Shown: piece by piece, positions 17,549 to 28,384 of the stretch | How the letters are laid out: each line of letters opens with the position of its first letter | Position numbering within the stretch: the stretch's first letter is position 1 | NCBI GenBank assembly: GCA_965202985.1 | Contig: CBDBCF010000001.1 | Span: forward strand, 2,496,001 to 2,560,000 | Direction: 5' to 3' | Length of the DNA: 64,000 nt | From: Longimicrobiales bacterium | GTDB taxonomy: Bacteria > Gemmatimonadota > Gemmatimonadetes > Longimicrobiales > Gaopeijiaceae | Translations under genes and position numbers: made by a program | Notes under the pieces: model-generated | What the model saw: only the letters and a program-made list of their open reading frames with translations | The model's database searches: none | What the model was told of the DNA's origin: nothing

Positions 17549-19998
17549 TCGGCGGCGTCCTTTCCGGCGCTCCCGAACGGGCGTGGCCCGACGGCTTCGT
17601 CCACCACGGCGTTCGCGTTCTGATGCTGGCGTCGCTGGCCGGGGGGCTGGCCGTCCTGTTTCCGTCGGGGCCGGGCACCCCCGTGGGGCCGTACCGAGCG
17701 GGCACCGTCGCCGGCGGAGACGTGCTGGCCGAGGTCGGCTTCGACGTACCCAAGGACTCGACCGCGCTCGAGCGGGAGCGCCAAGAGGCCGCGGCGGCGG
17801 TCGTGCCCACCTTCGTCCAACGCCCCGACGCTCCCGATTCTGCGCTGTTCGCCCTGGCGTTCCTCTTCAACCGCTTGGACACGGTGGCGGCGTCCGGCGG
17901 GACCGCGGGGATCGCCGGCGTGCTGTCGGCGATCGGGGTCGAGCCGCGCGCCGACCAGCTCGAGGTTCTGTCCAGCGCCTCGGCGCGTCGCCGGCTGGCG
18001 GACCGGGCGGCCACCGCTGCGCGGCGCTTCCTTCCCCAAGGCGTCATGGCCCCCGGTGCGGCTTCCGGGCTCGTCACCGACTCGGTGCGCGTCCTGCGGG
18101 ACGGGCAGGCCGAGATCGTCCACCGGGATTCGGTGCTGTCCGGGCGCGAGTTCTACGACCGGGCGGTGGAGGGACTGGGACCGGGTCCGGAAGAGGGGCT
18201 CCTGCGATCGATCCTGGGACAGGTCGTCAACATGAGCTTGGTGCTGGACGGCGTTCGCACCGAGCGAGAAAGGCGGATCGCACGGGACGCGGTTCCCGTC
18301 GTGGCAGCGCGCGTCGTGGAGGGCGAAGCGATCGTCCGCGCCAACCAGCAGCTGGGCGACGCGGAGATCCGCAGGCTGGAGGCGTACCGCGCCGAGCTTC
18401 GGGCGCAGGGCCGGGGCGTGGACCGCAGCGCGCTTGCGTCAATCGCCGGCGCACTGGTCCTCAACACCCTCGTGCTGGGCGTCTTCGGCGTGCTCGTGTT
18501 CCTGTACCGTCGGAACCTCTACCAGACGTTCCGCTCCCTGTCGGTCGTTGCGGGGACGTTCGCGCTGTACTTCTTGGCCGCGTTCCTGCTGGCGGCCCAG
18601 GGCGCGCCCGCCGCCGCGCTGCCGGTCACCTTCGTCGCCGTCACTCTGGCCATCTTGTGGGACGGCCGACTGGCGCTGGCGGCGGCGTTCGTGCTTGCCG
18701 CCGTCACGGCGCTCCAGGAGCCCTTCGCCGCGGTCCACGACTTTGCCACGGTCTTCGCGGGCGGCGCGGCCGCTGCGCTGGTGGTGCGCGCCTACCGCCG
18801 CTTGGCCCAAACGTGGGTCTTCATCGCCGTGGTCGCGGCCGCCTACGCCGTCGTACTGTTCGGCCTCCAGCTGCGAGGCGCGGAGATCGCCTTGTGGCCG
18901 TCGCTGGCCGGGGCGCTGGCCGGCGCCGTCGTGTGCGCGATCCTCGCCGTCGGGTTCCTGCCCGTCTTCGAGTGGCTCACCGGGATCACCACCGACCAGA
19001 CGCTCATCGCCTGGGCCGACGCCAACCGGCCGCTGATGAGAACGCTGGCCGTGGAAGCGCCCGGAACCTATGCACACACCATGCAGGTGGCCGCGCTGGC
19101 CGAAGCGGGGGCCGACGCCGTCGGCGCCAACGCTCTCCTGTGCCGGGCGGGCGCCTACTATCACGACGTGGGCAAGACCAAGCGCCCGGGCTTCTTCATC
19201 GAGAACCAGCAGGACGGCGACAACCCTCACGACCGTCTGGAGCCCGTGGACTCGGCAACGGTCATCCGCGAGCATGTCGACGAAGGCCTGAGGCTGGCTC
19301 GCCGAGCCAAGGTGCCTAGGGTCTTGGCCTCGTTCATCGCCGAGCACCACGGCGACCAGTTCATCGGCTTCTTCTACCGAAAGGCGGTGCAGAGGGCGGA
19401 ACAGGCAGGCGCCGCCGCCCCGGACCCGTCTCCGTTCCGCTACCCGGGGCCGCGTCCCCAAAGCCGGGAAACGGGAATCGCCATGCTCGCCGACGCCGTC
19501 GAGTCGTCGGCCCGCGCCCTCAAGAACCCCACCCGGAAGCGGATCGCGGGGCTGATCGACAAGATATTCGCCCAGCGGCTGGTCGACGGCCAGCTGGACG
19601 ACACCGAGTTGACGCTGCGCGACTTGGCGGTGCTGAAGGCTCGCTTCGCCAAGGTCCTGGGTGGAGTCTACCATCGACGAATCGACTACCCGCAACCCGA
19701 ACCCGAACCGCCGGCGGAGGCGCTCCCGGCCGGTGCGGACGCAGCCCCCGACGCCGACACGGACCCCGACGCGGACTTCAACACCGACGTCGACATGGAC
19801 CCCAAGTCCGACGCGCACTCCAACGCCAACGCCGACACGGATCCCGGGCCCGACACGCACTCCAACGCCAACGCAGTTGCGGCCCCCGACGCGGACCCGG
19901 ACACGGATGCCGACTCCGATGCCGACGCCGTTGCGGCCCTCGATGCCGATGCCGCCGAAGCGCCCGCGCCCCGCCGCGCCGCCGGAGACGCTCCCTGA
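17545..19998 (+). CDS. 7TM-HD (HDIG) phosphohydrolase, PgpH-like
   Basis: Extracellular domain, multiple TM helices, EAPGTYAH, YYHDVGK, EHHG, FRYPGPRPQSRE, MLADAVES; phoH-HD-ybeY synteny. Confidence 0.88.
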   Translation: MIGGVLSGAPERAWPDGFVHHGVRVLMLASLAGGLAVLFPSGPGTPVGPYRAGTVAGGDVLAEVGFDVPKDSTALERERQEAAAAVVPTFVQRPDAPDSALFALAFLFNRLDTVAASGGTAGIAGVLSAIGVEPRADQLEVLSSASARRRLADRAATAARRFLPQGVMAPGAASGLVTDSVRVLRDGQAEIVHRDSVLSGREFYDRAVEGLGPGPEEGLLRSILGQVVNMSLVLDGVRTERERRIARDAVPVVAARVVEGEAIVRANQQLGDAEIRRLEAYRAELRAQGRGVDRSALASIAGALVLNTLVLGVFGVLVFLYRRNLYQTFRSLSVVAGTFALYFLAAFLLAAQGAPAAALPVTFVAVTLAILWDGRLALAAAFVLAAVTALQEPFAAVHDFATVFAGGAAAALVVRAYRRLAQTWVFIAVVAAAYAVVLFGLQLRGAEIALWPSLAGALAGAVVCAILAVGFLPVFEWLTGITTDQTLIAWADANRPLMRTLAVEAPGTYAHTMQVAALAEAGADAVGANALLCRAGAYYHDVGKTKRPGFFIENQQDGDNPHDRLEPVDSATVIREHVDEGLRLARRAKVPRVLASFIAEHHGDQFIGFFYRKAVQRAEQAGAAAPDPSPFRYPGPRPQSRETGIAMLADAVESSARALKNPTRKRIAGLIDKIFAQRLVDGQLDDTELTLRDLAVLKARFAKVLGGVYHRRIDYPQPEPEPPAEALPAGADAAPDADTDPDADFNTDVDMDPKSDAHSNANADTDPGPDTHSNANAVAAPDADPDTDADSDADAVAALDADAAEAPAPRRAAGDAP

Positions 19999-20003
19999 TC
20001 ACC

Positions 20004-20456
20004 GTGCACGTCAACGCTCCGGGGCGGTCCGGCGTCCCCGCGGCGCTGGTGGAACGCGCCCTTCGCGAGGTGCTTCGCCGGGAAGGCGTCTCTTGCGCCG
20101 AGCTGTCGGTCACCTTCCTGGAAGACCCGGAGATGGCCCGGCTGCACGACCGGCACTTGGGCAACTCCGCTCCCACGGACGTCCTTGCCTTCGCCCTTCA
20201 CGACGACGGCGAGCCCCCTCTAGGCGACATCTATGTGGGCCGCGACCAAGCCCTCCGCCAAGCCGGAGAAGCCGGCGCCGGAGCAGGCGAGGAGATGGCG
20301 CGCCTGGCGGTCCACGGTGCGCTCCACGTCCTGGGCCGCGACCATCCGTCCGGCGCCGCTCGCGAACAGTGCGAGATGTTCCGCATCCAGGAAGACGTGC
20401 TGCGTCGGGTACTGGCCGAGCCGCGCGCCGCGACCGCGACCGCCCTCGCACCGTGA
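20004..20456 (+). CDS. ybeY: rRNA maturation endoribonuclease
   Basis: PTDVLAF, LGDIYV, VHGALHVLGRDH. Confidence 0.92.
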   Translation: MHVNAPGRSGVPAALVERALREVLRREGVSCAELSVTFLEDPEMARLHDRHLGNSAPTDVLAFALHDDGEPPLGDIYVGRDQALRQAGEAGAGAGEEMARLAVHGALHVLGRDHPSGAAREQCEMFRIQEDVLRRVLAEPRAATATALAP

Positions 20457-21799
20457 CCCGCCGCCGGCCCGGCCCGCACGAACCCGCGCACCCGACAACC
20501 GAAGCCGGCCTGACTCGCTTCGCGGACCAGGCCGCCGCCATGCACCCGTCGGACATCGCCGACTTGGTGGCCTCGGTGCCCGAAATCGAGGCGCGCGTTC
20601 GCCTCTTGGAAGCGCTGCCCGTCGAACTGGCGTCGGACACGCTGGCCGAGATGGAGGAGGACGAGGACCGGGCCCGGCTTCTGACCGCGCTGGACGCCAA
20701 GCGCGGCGCGGCGCTGCTCCGGGACTTGGCCGACGACGACGCCGCCGACCTGGTCGGCGAGCTGGAGCCCGAGGACCGCGACCGGCTGCTGGCCGCGCTT
20801 CCGGCCCGAGAAGCAGGCGAGATCCGCGACCTGTTGCGCTATGGCGACGACACGGCGGGCGGCCTCATGACCACGGCCGTGGTGTCGGTCGGCGGAGACG
20901 CGACCGCGGGCGAAGCCGTCGCCGAGGTCCGGCGCGTGGGGCGCTTGGTCGAGGACTTCTACACCGTCTTCGTCGTGGACCCCAGGGGCCGGCTGCGCGG
21001 CACCGTGCCCCTGGACGACCTGATCCTGGCCGACCCCCGCGACCCCGTGGCGTCGCTGGTCGAACCCGCCCCTGCCACCGTCCGCCCCGACACCGACCAG
21101 GAGGAAGTCGGGCGGATCATGGGCCGCTACAACCTGGTCAGCATCCCCGTGGTCAACGAGGAGGGGGCGCTCCTGGGCCGGATCACGTTCGACGACGTGA
21201 TCGACGTGATCGAGGCGGAGACGACGGAGGACATCCTCAAGCTGGCCGGCGTCTCCGACGACGAGGAGCTCCGCGCCGGCTGGCCCGACGCCGTGCGCTC
21301 GCGCCTGCCCTGGCTGGTGCTCAACCTGGTCACGGCGGCGGTGGCGGCTTCGGTCATCCTGCAGTTCAAGGACTTGGTCCGCGAGACCACCTTCCTGGCC
21401 TTCCTCATGCCGGTGATCGCCGCCTTGGGCGGGAACACGGGCACCCAGTCCCTCGCGGTCACGATCCGCCGGATCGCCGTTGGGCAGGGGTTGCGCCGCA
21501 ACCGCTTCCGGGTCGTCGGCAAGGAAGTGCTGGTGGGCGTGCTGAACGGGTTCGTGCTGGGCGTGTTGTTCGCCGGGTTCGCGTACCTGTGGGAGGGAGA
21601 TGCGCGCATGGGACTGGTGGTGCTGCTGGCGATGTGGGCCAACATCGCGGTGGCGGGGTTCGCGGGTGCGCTCGTCCCCACCATCCTCCACAGGTTCGGC
21701 GCGGACCCGGCGGTGGCGTCGTCCGTGTTCGTCCATACCCTGACGGACTTGGTTGGGTTCACGATGGTGCTGAGCTTGGCCATCTCCCTGCTGGCGTAG
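20453..21799 (+). CDS. mgtE: magnesium transporter
   Basis: MHPSDIAD, TAGGLMTT, CBS pair, RLPWL, GGNTGTQS, DPAVASS. Confidence 0.95.
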   Translation: MTRRRPGPHEPAHPTTEAGLTRFADQAAAMHPSDIADLVASVPEIEARVRLLEALPVELASDTLAEMEEDEDRARLLTALDAKRGAALLRDLADDDAADLVGELEPEDRDRLLAALPAREAGEIRDLLRYGDDTAGGLMTTAVVSVGGDATAGEAVAEVRRVGRLVEDFYTVFVVDPRGRLRGTVPLDDLILADPRDPVASLVEPAPATVRPDTDQEEVGRIMGRYNLVSIPVVNEEGALLGRITFDDVIDVIEAETTEDILKLAGVSDDEELRAGWPDAVRSRLPWLVLNLVTAAVAASVILQFKDLVRETTFLAFLMPVIAALGGNTGTQSLAVTIRRIAVGQGLRRNRFRVVGKEVLVGVLNGFVLGVLFAGFAYLWEGDARMGLVVLLAMWANIAVAGFAGALVPTILHRFGADPAVASSVFVHTLTDLVGFTMVLSLAISLLA

Positions 21800-21806
21800 C
21801 CCCGCC

Positions 21807-22994
21807 GTGGCGTCCAGCCCCGCCCCGACGCCCGCCGACCGGGCGCGTCGCCTGGTCGAGGCGTTCCGCGCCGGCAAGCGTCCCGCGCTGGCCCGCGCCA
21901 TCTCCATCGTCGAGGACGAGCGCCCGCACTCGGACGGTCTTCTCCACGACCTTCTCGGCGTGCCGCCCCGGGCCCGGCGCTTCGGGTTCACCGGTCCTCC
22001 GGGCGCGGGCAAGTCCAGTTTGACGGCCGCCGTGGCCGCTCGGCTGCGCGACCGCGGCGAAGATGTTGCGATCGTCGCGGTGGACCCCACTTCGCCGTTC
22101 TCCGGGGGCGCCCTCCTGGGCGACCGGATCCGCATGAACGACCTGGCCACCGACCGGGGCGTCTTCATCCGCTCCATGGCAACCCGCGGGTCCCTGGGCG
22201 GCCTGGCGGCAGCCACCCGCGAAGCCGTCGACCTGCTGGACGCGTTCGGCTTCGCCAACGTGCTCGTGGAAAGCGTGGGCGTGGGCCAGACCGAGCTGCA
22301 GATCGCCTCCGCCGTGGACTCGGTGGCCGTGGTGCTGGTTCCCGAGTCGGGGGACGGCGTGCAGGCGATGAAGGCCGGCCTCATGGAGATCGCCGACGTC
22401 TTCGTGGTCAACAAGTCGGACCGCCCCGGCGCCGACCGCTTGGTGCGCGACGTTCGCCAAGCCCTCCGGCTGCGCGCCGGAAACCCGGCCCCAGGGGCGC
22501 CGAGCGCCGACGATCCCGCCTCTCACGCCCGGCCCTCGCACCAAGCCCGGCCCCCGCACCAAGACGCGCCCCCGCACCACCACAGTACGCCCTCGCACCA
22601 AGACGTGCCCCCGCACCACGGGGTGGACCTGTCCGCCTTGCGGGCACCCCGCGAAGCCCCGTCCGGGTCGGAGGAATCGCCGTGGGCGGTTCCCGTCCTC
22701 AAGACCTCGGCGGGCCGGGACGAAGGTGTCGACGAACTGCTGGAACGGTTGATGGAGCACCACCGCCACGCGACCGCTTCGGGCCGGCTGGCCGAGCGAC
22801 GCCGGGCGCGAGCGCGGGCGCGAATCCGCGACGTTGTGGACCGCCGCCTGCGAGCTCGAGCGGCCCAGGCGCTGGCCTCGGAAGAGGGACTCGACCAGTG
22901 GGCGCCCCAAGTGGCTGCGGGCCGGGCCACGGCCTACCAAGTGGCCAACAAGGTCGTTGACGCCATATTGAAGGACGCCGGAGCGAACGGTTGA
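21807..22994 (+). CDS. meaB: MeaB/ArgK GTPase chaperone of B12-dependent acyl-CoA mutase
   Basis: GFTGPPGAGKSS, AVDPTSPFSGGALLGDRIRM, ESVGVGQ, KAGLMEIAD..VVNKSD; His/Pro-rich insertion. Confidence 0.93.
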   Translation: MASSPAPTPADRARRLVEAFRAGKRPALARAISIVEDERPHSDGLLHDLLGVPPRARRFGFTGPPGAGKSSLTAAVAARLRDRGEDVAIVAVDPTSPFSGGALLGDRIRMNDLATDRGVFIRSMATRGSLGGLAAATREAVDLLDAFGFANVLVESVGVGQTELQIASAVDSVAVVLVPESGDGVQAMKAGLMEIADVFVVNKSDRPGADRLVRDVRQALRLRAGNPAPGAPSADDPASHARPSHQARPPHQDAPPHHHSTPSHQDVPPHHGVDLSALRAPREAPSGSEESPWAVPVLKTSAGRDEGVDELLERLMEHHRHATASGRLAERRRARARARIRDVVDRRLRARAAQALASEEGLDQWAPQVAAGRATAYQVANKVVDAILKDAGANG

Positions 22995-23005
22995 AGGGAG
23001 AATCC

Positions 23006-24763
<1,758 letters not shown>

Positions 24764-24795
24764 CCGCGGCGGGGCGGAGCAGCGACCGTCGCCAT

Positions 24796-24824
24796 TTGAC
24801 AGCGCTTCCCTCGCGGGCGAAATT
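24796..24824 (+). promoter_or_regulatory. sigma70-type promoter for secDF
   Basis: TTGACA-N17-GAAATT. Confidence 0.5.
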
Positions 24825-24897
24825 TGCGGAAGCCGTCGCTCGGTTGCGTCGGCGCGGGCGGCGCGCCCGTTCCAGCGAGGCTCCCAAGAAGGACATC

Positions 24898-26571
24898 ATG
24901 CTGAAGACATTTCGCGGCCGGGTCGTCGTCATCTTGGCGGTTCTGGGGCTGTCGGCCTATTACTTGGCGACTCGGGGCCTGAAGCTCGGCCTTGACCTTC
25001 AGGGCGGGATGCACTTGGTCCTGGAGATCGACGACCCCGAGGAGACCCTCGACCAAGACGCCCGAGCCGACGCCATCGACCGGGCCGAACGGATCATCCG
25101 CACGCGCGTGGACGAGTTCGGCGTGGAGGAGCCCCTGATCCAGAAGATCGGCTCCGAGCGGCTGATCGTGGAGTTGGCGGGGCTGGACGACGAGAGCCGG
25201 GCCAAGGAGGTCATCAACCAGCAGGCCTACTTGGAGTGGAAGCTGGTTCTCGAGACCACCGAGGTCGCGCCGTCGCTGGAGCGGCTGGACCGGGCGGTGG
25301 TGGCCGCCGTCGGCGAAGAGGGATTGCGCGAGATGGGCCGCGCCGTCGAGACCGCCGAGACCACTTCGATCGAGGACCTGCTCTTCTCCACCCCCGACGA
25401 CTCGGGACAGGCCGAGGCGGCGGGAGACCCGGCCGACGCCGACGCGGCGGAGGCGGACGACACGGGCGAAGACGCATCCGCCCCTGAGGAAGGCGCGGAC
25501 GCCGAGGCGGAGCCCGAACTGAACTTCCGCCCGTTCACCAGCCTGCTGCGCTCCGGGGAGACGGGAACCTACTTGGTGGACATGGCGGACGTGGAGACGG
25601 CCAACCGCTTCATGGAGCTTCCCGAGTTCCAGCGCGCGTTGCCCCGAAACCTGAGCCTTCAGTGGAGCTGGGATTCCCTTCCAATGGGGGCCGGCTTCTA
25701 CCGCGAGCTCTACGTTCTGGAGGAGGACCCGTTCCTGACAGGCGACCAATTGGAGAGCGCAACGGCCAACCGCGACCCGCAGTTCAACCAAGCCCAGGTC
25801 ATCTTCCAGCTCAACCGCCGGGGCGGCCGCGAGTTCCAGCGTCTGACCGGCGCCCACATCGGCGACCGCATCGCGATCGTCCTGGACGGCGAGGTTGTCA
25901 GCGCTCCCGTGGTAAGGGATCGGATCGGGGCCAACGGCTCCATCGACCTGGGGTCCGCCGACATGTCCGAGGCCGCCGACTTGGCGCTCGTGCTTCGGGC
26001 CGGCGCCCTTCCCGCGCCGTTGCGCATCTTGGAGGAGCGCACCGTCGGTCCTTCTCTGGGCCAGGACTCCATCGACCAGGGCCGGGTCGCCGGCATGGTC
26101 GGCTTGGCCGCCGTGCTGGTGATCATGCTCGTGTACTACAAGACCGCCGGCGCCCTGGCGCTTCTCGCCCTGGGCGCCTACGTGCTCCTGGTGCTGGGCG
26201 GACTCTCGGCTCTCAACGCCAACCTGACCTTGCCGGGGATCGCCGGGCTCATCCTGTCGGTGGGCATGGCGGTGGACGCCAACGTCCTCATCTTCGAGCG
26301 GATCCGCGAGGAGCTGGCCCAGCGCCGAGCGCCTCGAACCGCCGTGGACGAGGGCTTCGGCAACGCGCTCTCGGCGATCGTCGACGCCAACATCACCACA
26401 CTCATCACCGGACTGATCCTCTTCCAGTTCGGCACCGGGCCGGTGCGCGGGTTCGCGGTCACCCTGTGCATCGGGATCGTGGCCTCGTTCTTCTCCGCCC
26501 TCTACGTGACCCGCACCCTCTTCCTGGTCTACCTGTCGGGCAAGCGGGGCTCTGACCCCATCAGCATCTAG
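24898..26571 (+). CDS. secD: protein translocase subunit SecD
   Basis: LKLGLDLQGG, RVDEFGVEEP, LRAGALPAP, VGPSLG, GMAVDANVLIFERIREE; AAGGA RBS. Confidence 0.96.
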   Translation: MLKTFRGRVVVILAVLGLSAYYLATRGLKLGLDLQGGMHLVLEIDDPEETLDQDARADAIDRAERIIRTRVDEFGVEEPLIQKIGSERLIVELAGLDDESRAKEVINQQAYLEWKLVLETTEVAPSLERLDRAVVAAVGEEGLREMGRAVETAETTSIEDLLFSTPDDSGQAEAAGDPADADAAEADDTGEDASAPEEGADAEAEPELNFRPFTSLLRSGETGTYLVDMADVETANRFMELPEFQRALPRNLSLQWSWDSLPMGAGFYRELYVLEEDPFLTGDQLESATANRDPQFNQAQVIFQLNRRGGREFQRLTGAHIGDRIAIVLDGEVVSAPVVRDRIGANGSIDLGSADMSEAADLALVLRAGALPAPLRILEERTVGPSLGQDSIDQGRVAGMVGLAAVLVIMLVYYKTAGALALLALGAYVLLVLGGLSALNANLTLPGIAGLILSVGMAVDANVLIFERIREELAQRRAPRTAVDEGFGNALSAIVDANITTLITGLILFQFGTGPVRGFAVTLCIGIVASFFSALYVTRTLFLVYLSGKRGSDPISI

Positions 26572-26576
26572 CCGCC

Positions 26577-27542
26577 ATGTGGCTCTTTCACGAAGCGAAG
26601 TACGAGTTCATCAAGCTGCGCCGAAAGGCGTACGTGCTCTCCGGAGCCTGCTTGGCCCTGGGGATCGGGGCCATGCTGGTGGGACAGTTCGCCCGGGGGA
26701 ACTGGCAGAACTACGGCGTGGACTTCACGGGGGGCTCCCTGGTGCAGGTCCGCTTCTCCGTGCCGACTTCGGACAACGAGCTCCGCGAGGCCTTGGGGGG
26801 CGTGCAGTCGCCTCCGATCACCCGGTTCGGGGCCGAGAACGAGTTCGTGATCCGAGCGCCGCTGGACGAAGGGGCCGACATCGACCAAGTGGCCGCCGAC
26901 CTGAGCGCCCGCATCGCCGCCAGCTACGGCGAGGACGCCTTCGAGATCGCCCGGCAGGAGCTCGTCGGCCCCAAGATCGGCGCCGAACTGCAGCAGAAGG
27001 CGGCGTTCGCCATCCTGTTCTCCCTGGTACTCACCCTCGTCTACATCGCGGTCCGCTTCGAGTTCCGCTTCGGCGTGGCGTCGGTGATAGCAACGGCCCA
27101 CGACGTGCTGCTCACCTTGGGGTTCCTGGCCCTGTTTCGCGTCGAAATTTCGCTGCCCACGGTGGCCGCGATCCTCACCATACTGGGCTACTCGCTCAAC
27201 GACACGATCGTGGTCTTCGACCGCATACGAGAAAACCTGAACAGCCGAGGCGGGCGTCGCGAAGACCCCTACCGCTTGGTCAACCGCTCGATCAACGAGA
27301 CGTTGCCGCGCACCGTGCTCACGTCGGGCACCACTCTGGCGGTCCTGTTCTCGCTGCTGATCTTGGGCGGAGCCGTCATCCGCGACTTCACGATGGTCCT
27401 GATCCTGGGCGTGGTGATCGGCACCTACTCGTCGATCTTCATTGCTTCGCCGGCCCTCTTGGAAATCCAAAAGCGGTACGGGACCGCCGAGCCTCGCGGG
27501 GAGGCCAAACCCAAGCGCCGGGCGAAAGCCGCGGCGGTTTGA
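26577..27542 (+). CDS. secF: protein translocase subunit SecF
   Basis: GVDFTGG, VGPKIGAEL, GYSLNDTIVVFDRIRE, GTYSSIFIA. Confidence 0.96.
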   Translation: MWLFHEAKYEFIKLRRKAYVLSGACLALGIGAMLVGQFARGNWQNYGVDFTGGSLVQVRFSVPTSDNELREALGGVQSPPITRFGAENEFVIRAPLDEGADIDQVAADLSARIAASYGEDAFEIARQELVGPKIGAELQQKAAFAILFSLVLTLVYIAVRFEFRFGVASVIATAHDVLLTLGFLALFRVEISLPTVAAILTILGYSLNDTIVVFDRIRENLNSRGGRREDPYRLVNRSINETLPRTVLTSGTTLAVLFSLLILGGAVIRDFTMVLILGVVIGTYSSIFIASPALLEIQKRYGTAEPRGEAKPKRRAKAAAV

Positions 27543-28384
27543 GGCTCGCCGACTCGCACTGCCACCTCACCGACGACGCCTTCGCCGGCGATCGCGCCGC
27601 GGTCCTGGAGCGCGCCGGGGCCGCAGGCGTCGAGCGGATCGTGACGGTGGCGTCGGACGCGGACGACGCGCTCCGCGCTCTGGAGCTGGCCAAGGACCAC
27701 GACGGCGTCTGGTGCACTGCCGGCGTGCACCCGCACTCCGTCGAGGCCGGCCGGCCGGGCGCATCGATGGAGCGCTTGGCCGAGACCGCGGCGCATCCCT
27801 GCTGCGTGGCCGTCGGCGAGACGGGGCTGGACTACCACTACGACCACGCCCCCCGCGCCGCCCAGCGGGAGAGCTTCCGACGCCACGCCGAACTCGCGGC
27901 CGAGATGGGGTTGCCGCTGGTCGTCCACTCGCGGGACGCCGCCCAAGACACCGCAGCCGCGATCCGCGACGTGGCAGGAAGGGCAGGGGGGGTGCTTCAC
28001 TGCTTCTCCGGCCCGCCGGCACTTCTGGACGCCGCCCTGGAGTCGGAGTGGCTGGTGTCGTTCACGGGCGTCGCAACCTTCCGCGGATTCGACGCCGGCG
28101 TGCTGCGGGCCGTGCCCAGAGGCCGCTACATGATCGAGACCGATTCACCCTACTTGGCCCCGGCGCCCCGGCGCGGCAAGCGGAACGAACCCGCCCTGGT
28201 GCGCCGGGTGGCGGAAGCCGTGGCGACCTTGCGCGACGAGACGCCGGCCCGTGTGGCGGCGGACACGTGGGACGCGGCAACCCGCTTCTTCGGCCTGGAC
28301 GCCAAGGACTGTCGCCCAAACGGCGAAGACGGCCTACCGGACGGCCGGGACTTTCTCCCGGACGGCGAGGAGTCCCCGGCGTGA
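27539..28384 (+). CDS. tatD: TatD-family hydrolase
   Basis: DSHCHL, GVHPH, VGETGLDY, VHSRDA, VLHCFSG, ETDSPYLAP..RGKRNEP. Confidence 0.92.
   Translation: MRLADSHCHLTDDAFAGDRAAVLERAGAAGVERIVTVASDADDALRALELAKDHDGVWCTAGVHPHSVEAGRPGASMERLAETAAHPCCVAVGETGLDYHYDHAPRAAQRESFRRHAELAAEMGLPLVVHSRDAAQDTAAAIRDVAGRAGGVLHCFSGPPALLDAALESEWLVSFTGVATFRGFDAGVLRAVPRGRYMIETDSPYLAPAPRRGKRNEPALVRRVAEAVATLRDETPARVAADTWDAATRFFGLDAKDCRPNGEDGLPDGRDFLPDGEESPA

Noticed and set aside
28306..28380. Short imperfect repeats in the TatD tail (DCRPNGE/DGLPDGR/DFLPDGE)
   Set aside because: Three degenerate units in a disordered tail; no evidence of function
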